Assembly (NCBI RefSeq): GCF_036321535.1
Contig: NC_087437.1
Coordinates: 34,598,001 to 34,662,000 of the forward strand
DNA length: 64,000 nt
Direction of reading: 5' to 3'
DNA from: Camelus dromedarius
Taxonomy: Eukaryota
How positions within the stretch are numbered: the stretch's first letter is position 1; each line of letters begins with the position of its first letter. The position numbers and the translations under genes were made by a program. The notes under the pieces are model-generated. The model did not search any database. It worked only from the letters and a program-made list of their open reading frames with translations, and had not been told where the DNA came from. Below, one piece after another: positions 53,101 through 64,000 of this stretch.

Positions 53101-53450
53101 TTGCCTTCAGATTTACCAACAATTCTGGATTTAGCATAGATTCTTGCCCTGTGACTTTAATAAACCATGTCTAAGAGATTACGAAAAAGAATGCTAAATA
53201 AATGCAGACTTTTTATAATCAAGGGAACCTGCAGAAAACCAAAAAGAAGCAAAGAGGGTGGGTAGCTGGGCCATGAGTGAATTCCTGAGTGGCGAAGAGG
53301 GGCCAAGAGCAAGCCAGAGCTCTATGGCAGGAGGAAGGCATGATATGTTTAAAGGCTTCAGCTTCTCAACGGAGAAGAGTTCAAGAATTTAAAAAATTCT
53401 CAGTTAATATGTCTGCCTTAGTAACAGACAAGAATAAGACAAGGAGGTTG

Positions 53451-54012
53451 TATTAGGCAGTTAGACAGAAGTGAGCACTGGGCAAGGGGAGAGGAAAGGG
53501 GAAGGAACAATCCAGAAAATAACAGTACACCTTGTGCTCAGGATAAGGGACTTCAAAGAGTTTTAGTTTCTCTAAATGAGTGCTAACAAAGAGGCCAGTT
53601 AGAATCAAGTGCTGAGACTGCACAGTAGAGAGAAAGACCCAGCTTAACATGACCCAGTGCTCATTATAATGTAATTAGCATTGCATTTGGTTCCCCTCCC
53701 AGAGGTTTATCTGTGTGCATCATGGGTAAGAGCATGTGCAAGAGATGGGAATGCCTGAGCACTCAAGGGACATGAGTTGTCAATCAATCCTGAGAACAGG
53801 ATCCCCTAAGCCAGGATATAAGAAGGAGTAACAAAGAATGCCATTTTCTTCTCTTGAGTTGGCCCACCTTCAATTCTCGGAGGTATACTATACTAACTTT
53901 TGCTCTACTGATAAGATTCTCTGTTTATATCATGTTTTCAGTCCTCCGTTTAAATTCTTTTTCTTGGGTAAGACAAAGAACTGAGGCCTTTTTAACCCTC
54001 CTTGCAGTAACA
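53451..54012 (+). mobile_element. ERV solo LTR
   Basis: T(A)TTAGGCAG...CAGTAACA termini, TATAA near 53817, U5-like TAAATTCTTTTTCTTGGGTAAGACAAAGAACTGAGG. Confidence 0.65.
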
Positions 54013-54909
54013 TCTTGATGAAATTAAAGAGAAGAATGAGGCACATACACAGTTGCTTTGGTGGCCACTGGTCCCTGGCATTGAAGTGAGTCCCTAAGAG
54101 GTGGCTTCTTCTGAATCTTCCAGGCCTTTCTCAGTTGCTGAAGGAGAGCTCACACTCATTCAACACCTACTACATCCCAGGAAGCACATTAATCTTTTTT
54201 ACATTATATCATTTAGGTTTTATAATAGTTGTCTGTAGAAGTACAATTCTCAAAAAGTTAAAAACATGATTTTCATACAAAAATATAATGAATGTGTGTC
54301 AAATGTATTCAGCTTGTTAATGAGTGAAGGAACTAGTAAGATGGCAAAGCTGGCTTCCAAGAGCATTTGAGGAAGAGGTTGATGTAGCATACTGGGAAAG
54401 AAAAATTTAAAAGATTGTTAATGTCTTAGAGGCAATAAAATGATAACCTTTGATATTATTATTATTGGGCTTTTTTCACTGGACAGAAATCTACAAATTA
54501 ATATGTAACTTCATAATTTGGGGCTCTAATCAAATCGCAAACTGGAAAGTCAGACAAAGGTGCATTCTAGGAAATCAAACAATCCTTGAGCAGGCCTGAT
54601 TAAATAATGACCCAGTGTGACACCTAAAGGACATGAAGTTATCCTCTTTATTTCTTACAATTTCATATTTAGCTTCCAGTCTTTTCTTCTCTAGAATGAA
54701 AGCTCTGTGGAGCCAAGAGCTGGTGTGTCTTGTTACCATTGTGAAAATCATGCAAGCAGGTAATGTGCAGTGACAGGCACTAAGAATGCAGGGAATAAAT
54801 GTTTGGCTGAATTGAAGTGAGTTTTAGAAAGTTGAGTAGCTTGCATAAAACCAAATAGCAGGCTAGTGGCAGATTCCCTGAGATTTCTTATACCCTCTCA
54901 ACAGAGAGG

Positions 54910-55374
54910 TATATTAGTTTCCTAGGACCACTGTAACAAATAATCACAAGCTGGGTACCTTAAAACAACAGGAATTTATTCTCTAACAGTTCTGGAGGCT
55001 AGAAGGTTGAAGTCAAGGGGTTTGACAGGGCCATGATTCCTCTGAAGGCTTTAGGGAAGAATCCTCCCTCGTCTCTTCCTAGCTTCTGGTAGTTCTTGCA
55101 TCTCTGGTGTTTCCTGGCTTTTAGCTGCATCGTTCCAACTTCTGCCTGTATTCACTTGTCTGTCTTCCCTCTATGTGTGTCTGTATCTCTGTGTCTCTTC
55201 TTATAAGGACACCAGTGATTGGATTAGGGCCCACCATAATCCAGTAGGATCTCATTTTAATTTATACTTTAACTAAATCTGCAAAGACTCTATTCCCAAA
55301 TAAGATCACATTCACAGTACTATGGGTTAGGACTTGAACATATCTTTATAGGAGACACAACTCAAGCCATTATA
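54910..55374 (-). mobile_element. MLT1B/C-type MaLR solo LTR
   Basis: TATATTAGTTTCCTAGG...TTAAAACAACAGGAATTTATT...GGTTAGGACTTGAACATATC. Confidence 0.85.
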
Positions 55375-56029
55375 GGAGGATTTGGAGTCAGAAGACCTTG
55401 GGTTTTGAATTCCTTGATTCCATTTAGTCAGGTGAGGATCTCTCAGTGTTGTCCATGTGCTTTCTACTTTCCCAGGTGCTGGAGAAAATCCTGTTCTTAG
55501 CCAGGTGGAATTTCAGGAGCCTCAGGCACTTATCATGACTATTTTGCATGAAGTCACCTTGATCTTGTATCTCTAGTTCTAATAATAGATCCTTTTCATG
55601 TTCTCTGAAATGAAGTCCTTGCCTTTTATTCATGTTCTAATAATTGAGTCCTTATCTTGACCCTGCCATGTCTGAGGTTTTGGTACCTGCCCAAGAGACT
55701 AGTTCTTTGGGGACCCAGTTCATGCCCTGCTTGTGCCTGGTACCCCCACCAACACCTGCTGAGTTACTAGAGAACAGGAAGGGAGCAGACGCTCCATTCT
55801 GATTGGAAAAGAGAAAAGAGGCCAGAGGTGGCCCATTCCTTTTTGTGACTGGCCTGGCACTTGAGAGGGGTGGTCAGCAGACTTCTAATTGGGTGGGTAT
55901 CAATGGCATCCCATCAAGGTGCCTGTGTGAGAGACGTCATATGGGGTTTGGGAACCAAAGCAGTTCTCAGCATTTGGTGGCTGTAGAGAGCAGTAGTCAT
56001 TAAGTTTTTGCTTAAAAAAAAGCTCTTCC

Positions 56030-57450
56030 AAATTAATTTTGGAAAGCTATGAACCCCCTCATACATTTTTAAGTTAGCATCTGAAATTTTTCATCACTAG
56101 TTTAAATAATTGCAAAAGATGTAATCTTGGACATTTTGTAGTATGTTAACATTTTAAAATAAAATTGTTCAGTCACGCTTTTAAAAGTGTTCAGTGGAAT
56201 CTTAATATTATAATGATTTGATATCCACTACCACCTCTTTACATATTCATAAACGGGTCCTTTTAAAATGGTTAGAATTTTTGCATGTTTCTTTTTTCCT
56301 CCTTGAACTCATATTTCTATTTTAATTCTTCCACAGAATTTAACCCTCAAGTAATACATTGTTGAGCATGAAAGTCTTGTTTGTCCTACTTTTCTGTAAA
56401 AATAATTATATACATAAAATTTAAAATTGTCTTCCTGACAATAACTGTAAGAGCTGAGGGTTAACAAGTTTTTCTTTTGGGTTGAGTTATTATAACCATT
56501 ATAAGTACATAATCAAAACAACATACAGATAAAAATTTTTGATAAATAGTGAGTAAATATAAAATGTAAAATTTTGTTGGAGATCCAATTCCCAGTGAAA
56601 TAGCTGGGTTTTTTTCCTTCAATTAGTTCATGAATCTATGAATGATTTTTACTTATTGCTGGAATGAGACAGAGTTTGTATTAATTCTATCACTCTTTTC
56701 CATTTTTACAGAAAATTGTGCTAAGAAATATTCTTATAAATAAGTAGCAAAAATGGAAGGAGTTATGTAATAACAATGCCATTTAATCCTTTGAGCTCCT
56801 TCTGAACTACGTGCCAGAAATTATAATCATAAATAATTATTTTACCTCATCTATTAACTGACAATTTAATTAGATCATCTTTCAAATTGGCTAAAGAAAT
56901 GAATTGGAAACTACACAAGTTGCACAATGATTGTTGCCCAGCTATCAGAGGCATTTGGTTTCTCAAATCTCTGGGAAATATATCAAAAAGGATTTACCAA
57001 GACTTAACAAATGATTATTAATTATACTTATTACTCTTTCACTTTTAGATTCCATGATTAACTCGATAGACCCAGAGAGAACTGGAAAATTTGAAATATT
57101 GCTTATTTTTTGTATCTTTGCCAATATAATGTTTTATAAAATGCTTTTATCTTATCACATCATTTAAACATATTTTCAGCTAAATCTTGGAGCTAAAATT
57201 TTTTTTATTTGGATAGTAAAAGAGTCTAATTGACAAACCAGTTATCTCTATTAGTCTCAACAGCCCCAGTCAGATTACTGTCTATCAGAAAAGGTCTGAT
57301 CTCATTTTTCAGTTTAATTTATATGTTATACATTTCAAAAATGGTATAAAAACCACTGGAAAAAGGTTATAGAACATATTTTGTAAATAGATTAGTAAAA
57401 GCAATCAAGATTTAAATGATGTAGATCTAATGTAGTTAATTTGTCAATGT
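56030..57450 (-). mobile_element. hAT-Charlie DNA transposon relic with transposase C-terminal remnant
   Basis: Minus strand at about 56740-56900 reads DDLIKLSVNR...FWHVVQKELKGL...LLPF, like the hATC dimerisation domain; boundaries uncertain. Confidence 0.55.
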
Positions 57451-58274
57451 TATAACAAGTTATAAAAAGGTAGTAAATCAAAATGCTATTTCTCATTACT
57501 TAATTTATAATGAAGCAGTGTAATTTGTAGCTTAAAATATTACTTATTTATGAGATAGAGAGTATGATAAAAAGTATACTCAGATGCTGCTGTTCAGCTT
57601 TTGGGACTAACTAAATAAGAGTCATATATAAAATTAGAATTAACTCTACTAATTTTGTTAGACATCATGATCAAGCTTTCCTCTGTATTTAAAGACAAAG
57701 AAATGTAAACAGTAATATTAAAAATAATCAGTCCAGTAGCTAGTTTTTATTTTTTTCCAAAAAGAAATAGAAAATACTAAGCTTTTTAAGATAAAATGCA
57801 AAGTAAAAATAGTAATAAAGTAAAATAAAAGTAGTAAAAATAATAATAAAACTGTAATAATGCTTTAATTTTTTTTTTTTTTTGTGAGTAGACAGAAAAT
57901 GGAAGAGGCAAAGTCCTTCCATGAGAATTTTTAGTATTCCTGCTACCCTACAACCATATAGCCAGATCCAAGGTAAAAATACTCTATAACACGATGCTTT
58001 ACTCTTAACAAAAATGTATATAAGACTGGGAAAGACAAGAAGCTCTAAGGGTTTATTATGACCTGATTAGCCATTAAAGGAGTCTGCTCCTTTGTTTACC
58101 CCCTGGAGGTTTTTACACACTCAAAGAAATGCTCCACTGTAAGACATGGGTGAGAAGTGTGCCTTTGTTTAAAAAGTGGGAGAAGGGCTAATGTAAATGC
58201 AGACATATTCTCTGGCACATCAGTTTTGGGAAAGAGTAACTCTGGAAGTTAAGAATCTGGAAATTGATTTTCTT

Positions 58275-58431
58275 GTTGTTGTTGAAATGTTATTTATTTA
58301 TTTTTGGTTTTGGGGGGAGGTAATTAGTTTTTTATTTATTATTATTATTATTTTACTGGAGGTACTGAGGATTGAATCCAGGACCTCATGCATGCTAAGC
58401 ATGCACTCTACCACTGAGCTATACTCCCCTG
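58275..58431 (-). mobile_element. tRNA-derived SINE, vic-1-like
   Basis: 18-bp TSD CTGGAAATTGATTTTCTT at 58257-58274 and 58432-58449. Confidence 0.9.
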
Positions 58432-60237
58432 CTGGAAATTGATTTTCTTTACATTTCCCCTGCTTGCATATCCCTTGGAAAGTGTTCGGACTAGATGATT
58501 AATCAGAGATATCTCTAACAATTAAAAAAACAGCATCCCTATGCTGAGACTTAAAGCCAGGTTTCAGTTCTTAGGGGAAGGACCAAACTAAAGGGTGAAA
58601 AAAACACTCTCCATCCTCTTGAAGCTTATTTTCTGGTTAAGAGACATACACTAAACAAAGTAAGTTACATAGTATGTTAGGACATCAACTGTTACAGAAG
58701 AATATAAAGAAGTGGGATAGAGATGATGTGAAGATTGCAGTTTAAAGACTTGGTCAGAGAAGTCCTCACTAAACAGGTTAAATTTAAATAAAGACTTGAA
58801 GGAGGAGAAGACAGGTCCTATATTGATATCTGGGCGAGAGGTCCGTGCAAGATGAAGTGAATCCAATTGGTATTAGATTTCTAATTTGCAACATTATGTG
58901 CTGGAAAACAATGGATCAATGTTTTTATAAAATTATGAGGGCAATTGTTGTATCCCTAGGATACTATATCCTCCTAAGCCATCATTCACATATTGGGGGA
59001 AGAAGAGGCAACTTTAAGTATGCAAGAACTTATGTCTCCTTTAAGAAAAGTGTATTTGAGGAAATTATTTCAGTCAAATTATTGTGAGTCAGAAAATAAG
59101 TCAAGGGGAAAAAAAGAAAAAAAGAACTGTCATCTGTTAGAAATAGTGGTGGGCAATAAAACCAGTAAGAATAATTAAATCTAAGTAATTGAATTATGGT
59201 TGTAGAGCTAACGTAGTCATTAAAGAGGATTTTTAAAATAGAAGATGAATAATGTGAAAACTTAAACATGAGTCTGTAATTTTAAAAAGAAAGGCTGAGA
59301 AATGGCATATTATAGCAGCAGAGAGAAACACAGTGGAAAAGGGGCAAGTAAAAGCATTACAAAATTTTTGTCTTCTTTAAAGAAAGGCATAAAAATTTTA
59401 ACTCTGAACTCTTTCTTTTGAACATTTAAAGGTTAATACAGTCAGAATAAAAATGGAATGTAAAGCTTCATCTTTATACTGAAGGACAAAATTGAGTGAC
59501 ACAGATAAAGATGAAGGTTTTATCTTGAAGCTACATTTTGCAATTATCAGTGACCAGTAGAAGAAAAAATAAAAGACCCTAAAGGACAAAAGGGAAAATG
59601 GGAGAGAATGTGAGTACACATTTAAAACAAGAAGCCAACAGTAATGATGAACCAGGTAATAAACTTTGGTATAAACTTTCTGCTTGAGAACAACTCAGAA
59701 ATCTCAAGAAAATGTATATTCTCTCTCTCTCTCTATCCCTCCCTCTGTCCTTTCCTTCCTGTTCTTTTGCAGAAGATAGATATATAGGGGGAAATGTGAG
59801 CCCATTTGGGGCTGCTTTTTCCTAGTGACATCTGCCAATTCTAGAAATGGCAGTCAAAGAACAAAAAACTGGGCAGAGTTTCTGAGAGACTCCTAAGGTT
59901 AAAAGAACAAAATTGGAGTTCAAGTTCCATTAAGCCAGGAAGCCTTGATAAGGCCCTTAGTCTTTGGGTTGCAACCTAGAAGGGCTACACTCTATGAGTA
60001 AACCAGAAGTAGACTGGTTCTCCTAGGGACTGAAGCCCAGTTTTAAATCACCTCAATCAGAATTGAAGGAATCTGGAACTGCTAGCATCTCCAAACTACC
60101 AACCAGAAATAAACATAAATGCTCCCTGCAACTTTTTCATATGCATTGTCTGGTATTAGTAACGAGGACCTTCAGGATACAAGACGACATGTTCAAAACC
60201 AAGAGAAAAGCTACACAGTAGAAATGGATCCATGGAG

Positions 60238-60388
60238 TGGGGAAAGGTATAGCTCGGTGGTGGAGTGCACGCTTAGCAAGCATGAGGCCCTGGGTTCAAT
60301 CCGCAGTACCTCCATTAAATAAACCTAATTATCCACCTGCCAACAGCTAAAAAAAAATAATAAAGTTAAATAATTTTTTTTTAAAAAA
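60238..60388 (+). mobile_element. tRNA-derived SINE, vic-1-like
   Basis: GGTATAGCTCGGTGG...GGGTTCAATCC plus an A-rich tail; TSD AGAARTGGATCCATGGAG at 60220-60237 and 60389-60406. Confidence 0.9.
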
Positions 60389-60789
60389 AGAAGTGGATCC
60401 ATGGAGGATCTAGATAACGGAGCTACCACTCATGGATTTTAGCTATGTTAGTATGTTCAAGAAAATAGTAGAAGACTGAAAATTTCAACAGAGAGCTATA
60501 AAGAGCATGTGTATACACATACACAGAAAGCAGATGGAAATTCTAGAACTAAAATATGTGGTAATTGAAATTAAGAACTCATCTTTTTAAAGTCGGGTCA
60601 TATAATGCATAGATCCTGGAATTAAAGTACATTGATCATGTATTATCTACTGGTCCAAGTAGATATTGTTGATGGGGAGGTAACAGAATATGTCTCACTA
60701 GGTGTAGGGTAGGGGGTCAGGGTTCTGGGTCAGCCAGGAGCCCAGGAGCAAAAGTGAGAATGTTCAAGGGAAAGTAAGAATGCCTCAGT

Positions 60790-61680
60790 ATTACCAAATC
60801 AATTATTATACATGAACAAATTAAAGGAAAATATTAAATAACTACCACTATAAGTGAAAAAATATATTGGATAAAGTTAAATATTAATTTCTGACTCAAA
60901 ATCAGCTCTGCAAACTAGGAGAAGACAACTACCTTAATCTAGAAATCTGGAAATTATATACATATACTATATATATAATATATAGAAATAAAGTATATGA
61001 TGGAGATTTTATATTTCTGTATTCTAGTCAGTGGGAGAATATATAGATTGCTCAGTGTATAGTGCTATGTTAACTGAATAGTCATTTGAAATATACATAT
61101 AATATCTATAGAAATATATGTTCCTACTTCATATCAAAAATTAAATAATCATAAAGAACATGAAATTTGTATATACAGACGTGAAAACATTGAAATAATA
61201 GGAGAAAATATTAGAAAATACAATCTTTGAAGCAAAGATATTGTTGTGTACCAAAACTAGAAATCATAAGGAAAAAAAAAAAGATTGACAAGTCTGAGTG
61301 CATCAAGAGACACCAAAAACAGTTAAAAGGAAAAACTGAGGGGAAAAGTTAAGCTTATATGAAAGGAAAAAAGTTAATATTCTTAATGCATAAATGCCTT
61401 TGCAAATAAACTATGAAAAAAATAACCAACTTGATAGATAAATGAGCAAAGGACATGAAGAGGAAACTCAAAGAAGAAATGCAAATGACCAATAAGCATT
61501 TGAAAAGACCTCAGACTCAGAAACAATCAAAGGAATGCAAATTAAAGTGAGAAGATTTTTTTTCCTGTTAGATTGGCAAAGATGAAAAAGTCACGTTGGT
61601 GAGTGTGAGGAAATAGATTTTGTTGGTGAAAATGTAAATTGGTACAACGTTTCTGAGGTTAGTTAGACTATATGTACAAA
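60790..61680 (+). mobile_element. Old L1M ORF2 fragments
   Basis: AAATGAGCAAAGGACATGAAGAG, GGAATGCAAATTAAA, GTAAATTGGTACAAC. Confidence 0.6.
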
Positions 61681-61911
61681 AAATTTTTTTTAGGTTATAC
61701 AAATAAAAATTTATTTAGATTGAGAAAAACTCAAAATATTACAGGATTTGAAGACTGAAAAATACTACAAATATAAAATTCTAGGAAAATAATATATTAT
61801 GTTTAATTAAGTAATTGCCTCACTTACCTCTAGAATACTTTTTTCCATCCATGTTTTGGCTACAAACTCTTTAATCTCTTCATAAGATAATAGTTTTGCA
61901 ATCACATATTC

Positions 61912-63474
61912 TTTTTTTCTTTTTTTAAATTTATTTTTTATTGAGGTGACAGTTTATAACATTCTATGTTTCATGTGTACAACAATGTATTTCTACTTCT
62001 GTATGCACTGCAGTATTGATACAGGAAAATGAGGCATGAGAGGGTGGCCATGTCCCAGGCCCCAGATGAGTCCCTGGGATGTGCCCCATCAAGTGAGGGT
62101 CCTTGGCATTGAGCAGGAGAGAATTCAAGAGTGAGCCGCAGTTGAGTAAAAGTAGATTTATTCAGAGAGCTGCACATTCCATAGACCGAGTGTAGGCTAT
62201 CTCAGAAGGCCAGAGAGGCCACAAGGCATGGGGGGAGGGTGTTTAGTTTAAAGTAAAAATATTTACACACTCCATAGACAGAGTGTGGTCCATCTCACTC
62301 AGAAAGGAGAGTGGCCACGAGGTGTGGGAATTGTTAATTTTTATGGGCTCAGTAACTTCATAAACCAACAAGTGGGAGGATTTTCCAACTACTTTACGAA
62401 AAGAGAGGAATTCCCAGGAATTTGGCCACTGCCCACTTTTTGACCTTTTATGGCTAGCCTCGGGTGTGTCATTGTGCCTGGGGGAGTGCCATTTGTATGC
62501 TAATATATTACAATGAGTGTATAAAGAAGCTCAAGGTCAACTAAAAGTCAAATCTCCTGCCATTTTGGGCCTCAAGCTCTACTGGGAGTTGAATTTTCCA
62601 TCGTCTTGGTGCTAATTGCTGTGTCATTCTTTTAATGGCTGGACCTTGTCCCCTTCCATCCTGTCTCGGTATGCTCACCACCAAAAACTTAGTTTTCATT
62701 TGTCATCATACAGTTGATCACCTTTACCCATTTCATCTTCCCTCCACACCTCCATCCCCACCCTGCCCTTGTCCCATGGTAACCACTACTCTGTTCTCAG
62801 TCCTGTGCACTTGTTTTTGTCTGATTTGGTTTGTTCATTTCTTTATTTATTTGGTTTTTTTTTTAATATCCTATATATGAGTAACTTATAAGTACTTGTC
62901 CTTCTCTGTCTGACTTATTTCACTTAGCATGATCCCCTCGAGATCCATCTAGGCTGTCACAAATAGTAAGATTTCATTTTTTATGGCTGAGTAATATTTC
63001 ATTATATATGTGTAGATCGATAGACAGATAGATAGATATCATATCTTCTTTATCCATTCATCTGTTGTTGGGCAGTTAGGCTGTTTTCATATCTTGACTA
63101 TTGTAAATAATGCTTCAATGAACATAGGGGTACACATATCTTTTCCAATTAGTGTTTTCATAACCTTTGGATAAATATTCCAAAGTGGGATAGCTGGATC
63201 ATATGGTAGTTTTGTTCTCAATTTTTTGAGGAACATCCTTACTGTTTTCCATAGTGGCTGCCCCATTTTACATTCCCACAATGTAGGAGGGCTCCCTTTT
63301 CTCTACATCCTCACCAACACTTGTTACTTCTTGTGTTTTTGATAATAGCCATTTTAACAGGCATGAGATGATCTCTCAATGTGGTTTTGAATTGCATTTC
63401 CCTAATAATTACTGATGTTGAACATCTTTCCATGTCCCTGTTGGCCATCTGTATGTATTCTTTGGAAAAATGTC
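61912..63474 (-). mobile_element. L1 3' portion interrupted by an LTR
   Basis: T-rich tail at 61912; 3'UTR resumes after the LTR; ORF2 tail QPLWKTVRMFLKKLRTKLPYDPAIPL. Confidence 0.88.
62017..62668 (-). mobile_element. ERV1-class solo LTR (652 bp) nested in an L1 3'UTR
   Basis: Inverted termini TGATACAGGA...TCCTGTCTCG; exact TSD GTAT (62013-62016 and 62669-62672); minus-strand AATAAA at 62157-62162. Confidence 0.88.
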
Positions 63475-63795
63475 CATATTACCTAAAGTAATCTACAGAA
63501 TCAATGTAACCCTTATCAAAATCCAAAGAATATTTTTTGCAGAAATAGAACAAAAAATTCTAAAATTTATATGGAACCACAAAAGGCCCCAGAAAGCCAA
63601 AGCAATCCTGAGAAAAAAGAACAAAGCTGGAGGTATCACATTACCTAATTTGTTTTGATAGGAATCAAAACAGCATGAGATCAGCAGGAAAACAGGTATA
63701 TAGATCAGTGGAAAAGAACTGAGAGACCAGAAATAAAACCACACACATATGGACAATTAATTTACAGCAAAGGAGCATAGAACATACAATGCAGC
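63467..63795 (+). mobile_element. Inverted L1 ORF2 segment
   Basis: [13 protein letters not shown]...[28 protein letters not shown], joined head-to-head to the minus-strand L1. Confidence 0.85.
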
Positions 63796-63799
63796 AAGA

Positions 63800-64000
63800 G
63801 GTCAGACTTGTGGTTACCAGCAGTAGGGGGTGCTTGGAGGGGATTTGGATGAAAGTAGTCAAAAGGTACAAACTTCCAGTTATAAGATAAATAAGTACTG
63901 GGGATATACCATACCATTTGATTAATATAATTAGCATTGTTGTATGTTCTATATGAAAGTTAAGAGAGTAAATCCTGAGGCTTCTCATCACCAGGGAAAA
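63800..64000 (+). mobile_element. L1MA-type 3'UTR fragment
   Basis: CAAAAGGTACAAACTTCCAGTTATAAGATAAATAAG, similar to 26820-26960. Confidence 0.75.

Noticed and set aside
60240..60312. tRNA gene
   Set aside because: It is a SINE head: flanked by a TSD, followed by an A-rich tail, and present as four diverged copies
1..64000. CRISPR arrays, operons or prokaryotic defence systems
   Set aside because: The sequence is mammalian, and no regularly spaced repeat-spacer array was seen

Overview
Mammalian genomic DNA, very probably camelid, because four tRNA-derived SINEs match the camelid vic-1 type. One intact host gene is recognisable: the single-exon small GTPase ARL14 (+, 24124-24696). The largest element is a full-length, young LINE-1 on the minus strand (about 9611-16695, 12-bp TSD). 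Its ORF1 and ORF2 are broken only by four single-base indels. It has a ~400-bp inter-ORF spacer and a strong-Kozak antisense ORF in its CpG-rich 5'UTR that points toward ARL14. An orphan CpG-island promoter with a perfect CRE and GC boxes lies at about 40.3-40.7 kb. It is followed by a cluster of solo ERV LTRs, an ERVL gag relic and a hAT-Charlie transposase relic. Several + strand exon-like segments with good splice signals hint at an unannotated, decayed or non-coding spliced transcript; this is speculative. The rest is ordinary repeat-rich DNA (L1M, L2, MIR, MaLR, MER). I see no firm evidence of a wholly new biological system. Repeat family names are from visual recognition, not a database search.
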